Assembly (NCBI RefSeq): GCF_001194135.2
Contig: NC_068988.1
Span: 81,463,587-81,508,461 of the forward strand
Length of the DNA stretch: 44,875 nt
Direction of reading: 5' to 3'
DNA from: Octopus bimaculoides
Lineage: Eukaryota
A program made the translations under genes and the position numbers. This document shows positions 37,795 to 44,875 of this stretch, one piece after another. The notes under the pieces are model-generated. The model had not been told where the DNA came from. It saw only the letters and a list, made by a program, of their open reading frames with translations, and did no database searches. Numbering within the stretch: the stretch's first letter is position 1; every line of letters starts with the position of its first letter.

Positions 37795-37940
37795 TGTGTT
37801 GAGCTTCTTCAGTTCTTCTACCAAACCCACTCACAAAACTTTGGCTGTTATGAGGCTATAGAAGAAGACACATGCTTAAAGTATACCACACACTGGAATT
37901 GAACCCAAGACCATATGGTTGGGAAACAAGCTTCTTACCC
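37795..37940 (-). mobile_element. SINE family A head
   Basis: ttcagttcttctaccaaacccactcacaaaactttgg...gctatagaagaagacac...ggttgggaaacaagcttcttacc. Confidence 0.75.
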
Positions 37941-38387
37941 ATGCATCTATACATACAAGTTGCAATATAACAGAGACTATAGGAAAGTTGAAGATGGAAG
38001 CAATTTAGTAATAATTCGCATCAAATAATGTAAATGCAGATAATGACTGGTGGTAGTGGTGATGATGGTGGTGGTGGTGGTGGGACATGTCTAGTAAAGT
38101 GTAAATGCAGATTGTTTTTGAAAGAATTTGGTATTAAGGATTATTTTTAACTCCCTCTCTCTATTTTAAACCCTTTCTCTCTATCACTCTCATTCTCACT
38201 CGCAATCTTCTCCTCACTGATTGTCTCACCCATACACTTTCCACCTCGCTTCCTCTCCTCTCTCCTTCTCTGTGTGTGCATGTGTGTATGTGTGTGTGTG
38301 TGTGCATATATATGCATATATATACACACACACACACACATTTATATATACATATATACATACACATGTGTGTATATATATACATAG

Positions 38388-38433
<46 letters not shown>

Positions 38434-39257
38434 NNNNNNNNNNNNNNNNNNNNNNNNNNNNNNNNNNNNNNNNNNNNNNNNNNNNNNNNNNNNNNNNNNN
38501 NNNNNNNNNNNNNNNNNNNNNNNNNNNNNNNNNNNNNNNNNNNNNNNNNNNNNNNNNNNNNNNNNNNNNNNNNNNNNNNNNNNNNNNNNNNNNNNNNNNN
38601 NNNNNNNNNNNNNNNNNNNNNNNNNNNNNNNNNNNNNNNNNNNNNNNNNNNNNNNNNNNNNNNNNNNNNNNNNNNNNNNNNNNNNNNNNNNNNNNNNNNN
38701 NNNNNNNNNNNNNNNNNNNNNNNNNNNNNNNNNNNNNNNNNNNNNNNNNNNNNNNNNNNNNNNNNNNNNNNNNNNNNNNNNNNNNNNNNNNNNNNNNNNN
38801 NNNNNNNNNNNNNNNNNNNNNNNNNNNNNNNNNNNNNNNNNNNNNNNNNNNNNNNNNNNNNNNNNNNNNNNNNNNNNNNNNNNNNNNNNNNNNNNNNNNN
38901 NNNNNNNNNNNNNNNNNNNNNNNNNNNNNNNNNNNNNNNNNNNNNNNNNNNNNNNNNNNNNNNNNNNNNNNNNNNNNNNNNNNNNNNNNNNNNNNNNNNN
39001 NNNNNNNNNNNNNNNNNNNNNNNNNNNNNNNNNNNNNNNNNNNNNNNNNNNNNNNNNNNNNNNNNNNNNNNNNNNNNNNNNNNNNNNNNNNNNNNNNNNN
39101 NNNNNNNNNNNNNNNNNNNNNNNNNNNNNNNNNNNNNNNNNNNNNNNNNNNNNNNNNNNNNNNNNNNNNNNNNNNNNNNNNNNNNNNNNNNNNNNNNNNN
39201 NNNNNNNNNNNNNNNNNNNNNNNNNNNNNNNNNNNNNNNNNNNNNNNNNNNNNNNNN

Positions 39258-39300
<43 letters not shown>

Positions 39301-40040
39301 GCATACACACACGCACACACACATATACATATATATATGTATATATATATATATATATATACACGTACATACACACCCCCTATACACACACATATACATA
39401 TATATATGTATATGTATGTATACACATACATACACACTCCCTCCTATATGCATACATACACCCCTCACATATCTCCCTGCCTTCCAATTTTCATATCATT
39501 CTATATACTTCTCTATCTCTGTTATCATCAGTTCAATAACAATTTGTCACCAAACATTGCATAATTTATTGATCTCAGCATGTCTGAGCCATGTTTACAT
39601 TGAATATACCACAGTAGAATCTTGTCATAGTTCTCTGACTGCAGTGCTGATGATCATAGTTGTAGTTAGATGTTGTTGGTGGTAACATACCTGACCTCTC
39701 GCTTTTATACTACATATGCATACATAAATTACACACACATATACACCTATACCACTGGCATGGCAAAATGTGCATTAAACATGTCGAAGTGATGTGGAGT
39801 GGGTTGTATCTTAGCATTGGGATCTCTCACCCATTGCTTCCTTTGTCAGTCTTGCCTCCTCTTTCATAACCCTTCTCTGTGTCACTCCTTTCTATGTCAC
39901 CCATGTAATGAGGAAGAGTGGAACATTTGTCTTTATTCAACTATATCTCACCACCATCATCTACCACCATCTGTATCATTTTTACCTTTTCTGTTCCTCT
40001 CTGCCCCCCTCTTTTTTTTTCCTCTCTCTATATAGGTATG

Positions 40041-40113
<73 letters not shown>

Positions 40114-40149
40114 GTATGTATACACATATATATATATGTGTATATATTT

Positions 40150-40365
40150 ATGTGCATGTGTGTGTCTGTGTTTGTCCCCTCACCATTGCTTGACAACTGA
40201 TGTTGGTATGTCTATGACCCTGTAACTTAGCAGTTCAGCAAAAGAGACCAATAGAATAAGTACTAGGCTTATAAAGAATAAGTCCCAGGATCGATTTCTT
40301 CGACTAAAGGTGGTGCTCCAGTATGGCCACAGTCAAATGACTGAAACAAATAAAAGAATAAAAGT
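40150..40365 (+). mobile_element. SINE family A 3' half
   Basis: tgtttgtcccctcaccattgcttgacaactgatgttgg...cagtcaaatgactgaaacaaataaaagaataaaag. Confidence 0.9.
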
Positions 40366-40424
40366 ATATACATACCTATATATATATACATATACATATA
40401 TATTCATACATACATCATATATAC

Positions 40425-40525
<101 letters not shown>

Positions 40526-40529
40526 CATG

Positions 40530-40563
<34 letters not shown>

Positions 40564-40840
40564 AAGTGAAGTATATTTGCCATTTAAATGTGGCTGACCC
40601 CTAAGGGTGGATGTTACTGTTGCTTTTAGCCCCAGGAGAACATCTCCTCCAGCTGGCTTATCGACATATATCTGTGTCCTAGGGCTGTCATCTATGTGAT
40701 TATGTACTTATGTTTGTGGTTGGTTAATCTGACCATTCTTAGTACTTTTCCACTTCTGAAAATCTAGTTATCCCTATAGAGACGTCATTTTTTTCAATAT
40801 ATATATATATGTATATACACACACACATGCACACACTCAC

Positions 40841-40878
<38 letters not shown>

Positions 40879-40904
40879 TTTACAGTCTCTGAGTATATAT
40901 ATGA

Positions 40905-41056
40905 CAGGCTTCTTTAAGTTCCTGACTACCAAATCTACTCACAAGGCTTTGGTTGGTCTGAGGCTATAGTAGAAGACACTTGCCCAAGGTGCCATGAAGT
41001 GGGACTGAATCCAGAACCGTGTCGTTGAGAAGCAAGCTTCTTACCACACAGCCACA
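40905..41056 (-). mobile_element. SINE family A head
   Basis: Reverse complement of the 44171-44330 head. Confidence 0.85.
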
Positions 41057-41494
41057 TGCATACATATATGTATATATATAATGNNNNNNNNNNNNNNNNN
41101 NNNNNNNNNNNNNNNNNNNNNNNNNNNNNNNNNNNNNNNNNNNNNNNNNNNNNNNNNNNNNNNNNNNNNNNNNNNNNNNNNNNNNNNNNNNNNNNNNNNN
41201 NNNNNNNNNNNNNNNNNNNNNNNNNNNNNNNNNNNNNNNNNNNNNNNNNNNNNNNNNNNNNNNNNNNNNNNNNNNNNNNNNNNNNNNNNNNNNNNNNNNN
41301 NNNNNNNNNNNNNNNNNNNNNNNNNNNNNNNNNNNNNNNNNNNNNNNNNNNNNNNNNNNNNNNNNNNNNNNNNNNNNNNNNNNNNNNNNNNNNNNNNNNN
41401 NNNNNNNNNNNNNNNNNNNNNNNNNNNNNNNNNNNNNNNNNNNNNNNNNNNNNNNNNNNNNNNNNNNNNNNNNNNNNNNNNNNNNNNNNNNNNN

Positions 41495-41712
41495 TATGTG
41501 CCAGTGGGACAGGTGCCAATCAGGTGGTACTATCATTGGCCATGACGACGACTTTGCTTGCCTCAACAGGTCTTTGTAAGTGCAGTTTGTTGCCCAATGA
41601 TTGAAGGGTAGTCTTAAATGGGCTGGTTATGCTGCACTGGCGTAGGCCATGGTTACGGGCTTACTTGGCTTGCTGGGACTTCTTAAGCACAGCATATCTC
41701 TAAAGGTCTCAT
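41495..41712 (-). mobile_element. RTE 3'-region fragment
   Basis: gggacttcttaagcacagcatatctctaaaggtctc corresponds to ggtcctctcaagaacagcacatcgcagaaggtctc at about 21140-21175. Confidence 0.6.
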
Positions 41713-42610
41713 ATATATATAATGTATGTATATATATAATGATGAGGTTCTTGCAGTTTCCCTCTGCTAAATCCACTTACAAGCCTTTGATTGATCAAGG
41801 GCTACAGTAGAAGATATTATATGCTGGGCACTGATAAAATCATTAATTTTTACTGATTTTATCCTCAATTACGAGTATGTATATATATCTATATCTATTT
41901 CTATATCTATATATATATATTGTTTTGTCCACGGAGAGTCATTCACTTTTAGTGCCTTATTATTTAATACACTCACCGGTAAAGTTTCCGCTCGTTTACT
42001 TATTTATTTTTTTCTAAAATTTCCTTTACCTCTTGCAACCTTTTCAATAGTCGTTGACTCTGTCCCTTATCCAAGCTGCGTTCTTTTTGTTTGTTTGTGT
42101 GCATGTGTGTGGGTCCGTGTGCATGTGCATACACATTTGTATGTATGTATGTATGTATGTATGTATGTATATATGTGTGCATGTATGTGTGTGTGTATGC
42201 ATATATATATGTATGTATGTGTCTATGCTTGTATGTATGTATTCTTCATATTCATGAATTTGTGTGTTTGTGTGTGTATGTTTGCATGTGTGTGTGTGTA
42301 TGTGTGTGTGTGTTTGTGTGTGTGTGTGTACCTCTGCCTCCTTGTATGTTCATGTCTGAGTGCGTCTGTGTATGGGTTTTTGTGATTATGTATGTGTGCC
42401 TATTATGTATGAATGTGTGTCTCCATATGTGTCCTTGTATGAAGTGAAGTGTGTGTGAGCATATATGATCATATGTTTCAGTTTTCATTTGCGTATATAT
42501 GAACTCACATAAAGAATCTTCCAAACCAAATCCCAAAACGGAATGTATATATATATATATAGATATAGATATTATATACATATATATTATATATATTTCT
42601 ATTATATATC

Positions 42611-42641
<31 letters not shown>

Positions 42642-42682
42642 ATAAAGATAAATATATATATATATGTATATATATATATGTG

Positions 42683-42752
<70 letters not shown>

Positions 42753-43138
42753 AAGGAGAGAGGTGAAAAAGAGAGTGATAATCCTTAAATACTTTACCTT
42801 TCCTTTAGATCCCAGTCTACCCAAAATGGAATGGCAGTTGAGCAAATACGTGTTTGTGAGTGCAGGTTTATGTATGCTTGAGCGCACGTGTGTGTGTGCG
42901 TGTAGTTGATGGGTGAAATTGTTTGCTATATGTTTCAATTATAGGCTGGTAATCACATAATATAAACTCTTGAAAACATGACATGTAATGTATCTCCATG
43001 GGGCTTTATTGTGTACATGAGGTAAACCAGAGAGTTATATAGTCTTTTGAAGATTTGATGTAAGAAGTGTTGGTTGGGGAGGTGTGGGGAGCAAATGGTG
43101 CAGAACAAGAGTAGTATGGGAGATAGGTAGACAGATAG

Positions 43139-43204
<66 letters not shown>

Positions 43205-44170
43205 TGAAAGAGAATGAACAAGGGGGGAGTGGAACATAGAAAGTGAGTAGATAGAGAAAGGAGGAGCATAGAGTGAAAATAGATGCAAAAATTTCAGATA
43301 AACAAGAGAGAGGGGGGAGAGGTAGATAGATAGATAGATAGATAGATAGACAGATAAATAGACAGATAGATAGAGAAGGGGGAGAGAGAAAGAGAGAGAA
43401 AATGCAAATGAGTAAGAGTAAAAGTAAGAAAGAGAGAGAGAAAGATGAAGAATAAGGAGAAAAATTGATAAATTGTAGAAGGTGAACAAAGGGAAAGGGT
43501 GAGAGAGAGAGAGAGAGAGAGAGTAGGAGAGTGAGAGTTGGGGAGGGAGATGGAAGACAATGAGAGAAATAGATAAGCAGTTTGTTTCAACAGAGAGAAA
43601 AAAGAAAGAGAATGAGATGGTAAAATGAAGATGGGTAAAAGTAAGTATGCAAAAGAGAGAATGAGAGAGAGAGAAAAAATGGTGAGGAGAAGTAGAATGC
43701 ATGGAAGGAAGCGATGGGAGTAAAGTACGAAGGCTATATAAAACATTATAACATTAAAAAAATGCAATGAATATCACGTAACGGTACTCTAACATGGTCA
43801 CATGGCTATTTCTCAGTTGCTGGAAACAGTACGTAAAGGAGTAATAAATGTGTGTTTGCATGCATAAGTGTAACTGTGTGTATGATAATGTGTATGTGTG
43901 CGTTAAATGTATTGTCGGTTAGTCGAAGACTAAATAGTGAATACATGATCATATTAAATGATGAATGCATGGATACATTCTAAAGTAAAGTAAAATATTT
44001 AAACAATGTTATTATAAAGTGTTCACATGCCAAAGAGAATGTAATCTATCTATCCATCTGTCTCTCTTCCTTTCTCCCTCTGTCTCTCCATCTCTTTCTC
44101 TCTCTCTCTCTCTCTCTATGTATACACACACACACATACACACACCTACACACACACACACACATATATT

Positions 44171-44565
44171 GGCACAGGCATGGCTGTGTGGTAAGAAGCT
44201 TGATTCCCAACCACATGGTTCTGAGTTCAGTCCCAATGTGTGGCACCTTGGGCAAGTGTCTTCTACTATAGCCTCATGCTGACTAAAGCCTTGTGAGTGG
44301 ATTTGGTAGATGAAACTGAAAGAAGCCCGTCATATGTGTGTGTGTGTGTGTATTTATGTGTGTCTGTGTCTGTGTTTGTCCCTGCCATCATCGCTTCACA
44401 ACCGTTGTTGGTGCGTTTACATCTCAGCAAAAGTGACCAATAGGCTTACAAAGAATAAATCCTGGAGTTGATTTCTTCAACTAGAAAACCTTTTAAGGTG
44501 GTACTCCACCATGGCCACACTCAAGATTGAGTGAAACAAGTATAAGAATAAAAGAATACAAGAAT
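44171..44565 (+). mobile_element. Complete SINE family A: tRNA head, CORE-like segment, internal (TG)n, 3' body, (AAGAATA)n tail
   Basis: A box TGGCTGTGTGG, B box GAGTTCAGTCC (44223-44233), accttgggcaagtg CORE-like motif, internal microsatellite at about 44335-44375, tail aagaataaaagaata. Confidence 0.9.
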
Positions 44566-44832
44566 ATATATATATGCATATAATACAAATAATATGTGAG
44601 TATATGCGTATATACGTACATGTATGTACATACCTACATCTACATGTATATATAGATGCATATATGGGTACAGGACGTTGCAAAAAAACATGGACAAAAT
44701 GATAAACAGAGTACAGAAAACACACAGGCCACATAGAGAACATTTCCTTCATCAGCTGCCACCATTCTAAAACTAAGCGTTTCGAAATATATAACTGCAT
44801 ATACACAAACATACATATATACTCTATAAATA

Positions 44833-44875
<43 letters not shown>

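Overview
Eukaryotic, AT-rich, microsatellite-saturated draft-assembly scaffold with 10 N-gaps, most of them next to (AT)n or other simple repeats. The SINE/RTE repertoire and repeat density point to an octopus (coleoid cephalopod) genome; this is inference. One real host gene is visible: three minus-strand exons (30754-30898, 14214-14293, 12727-12882). They have canonical AG/GT sites and compatible phases (1-2, 2-1, 1-1). They splice into 127 uninterrupted codons encoding the C-terminal half of a CUB domain followed by an atypical LDL-receptor class A domain, as in NETO/LEV-10/MIG-13/Culd-type proteins. The N-terminal exons and any transmembrane exon were not found and probably lie outside the window or in gaps. 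Nearly everything else is intronic transposon debris: a full-length decayed mariner nested in a SINE, a second mariner fragment, a 2.1-kb 5'-truncated RTE LINE with a C4HC3 PHD finger inside its RT region, several RTE 3' ends, Penelope-like RT and GIY-YIG fossils, a Helitron-like non-autonomous element, a MITE-like element forming a long inverted repeat, and several tRNA-derived SINE families. I see no clear new multi-gene system. The best leads are the Cys-expanded LDLa module, the PHD-in-RT LINE, a CpG-decayed hammerhead ribozyme fossil, an intronic near-perfect hairpin (possible ADAR substrate) and a perfect 28-bp palindrome near a coding exon. All alignments were done by eye, so repeat boundaries are approximate.
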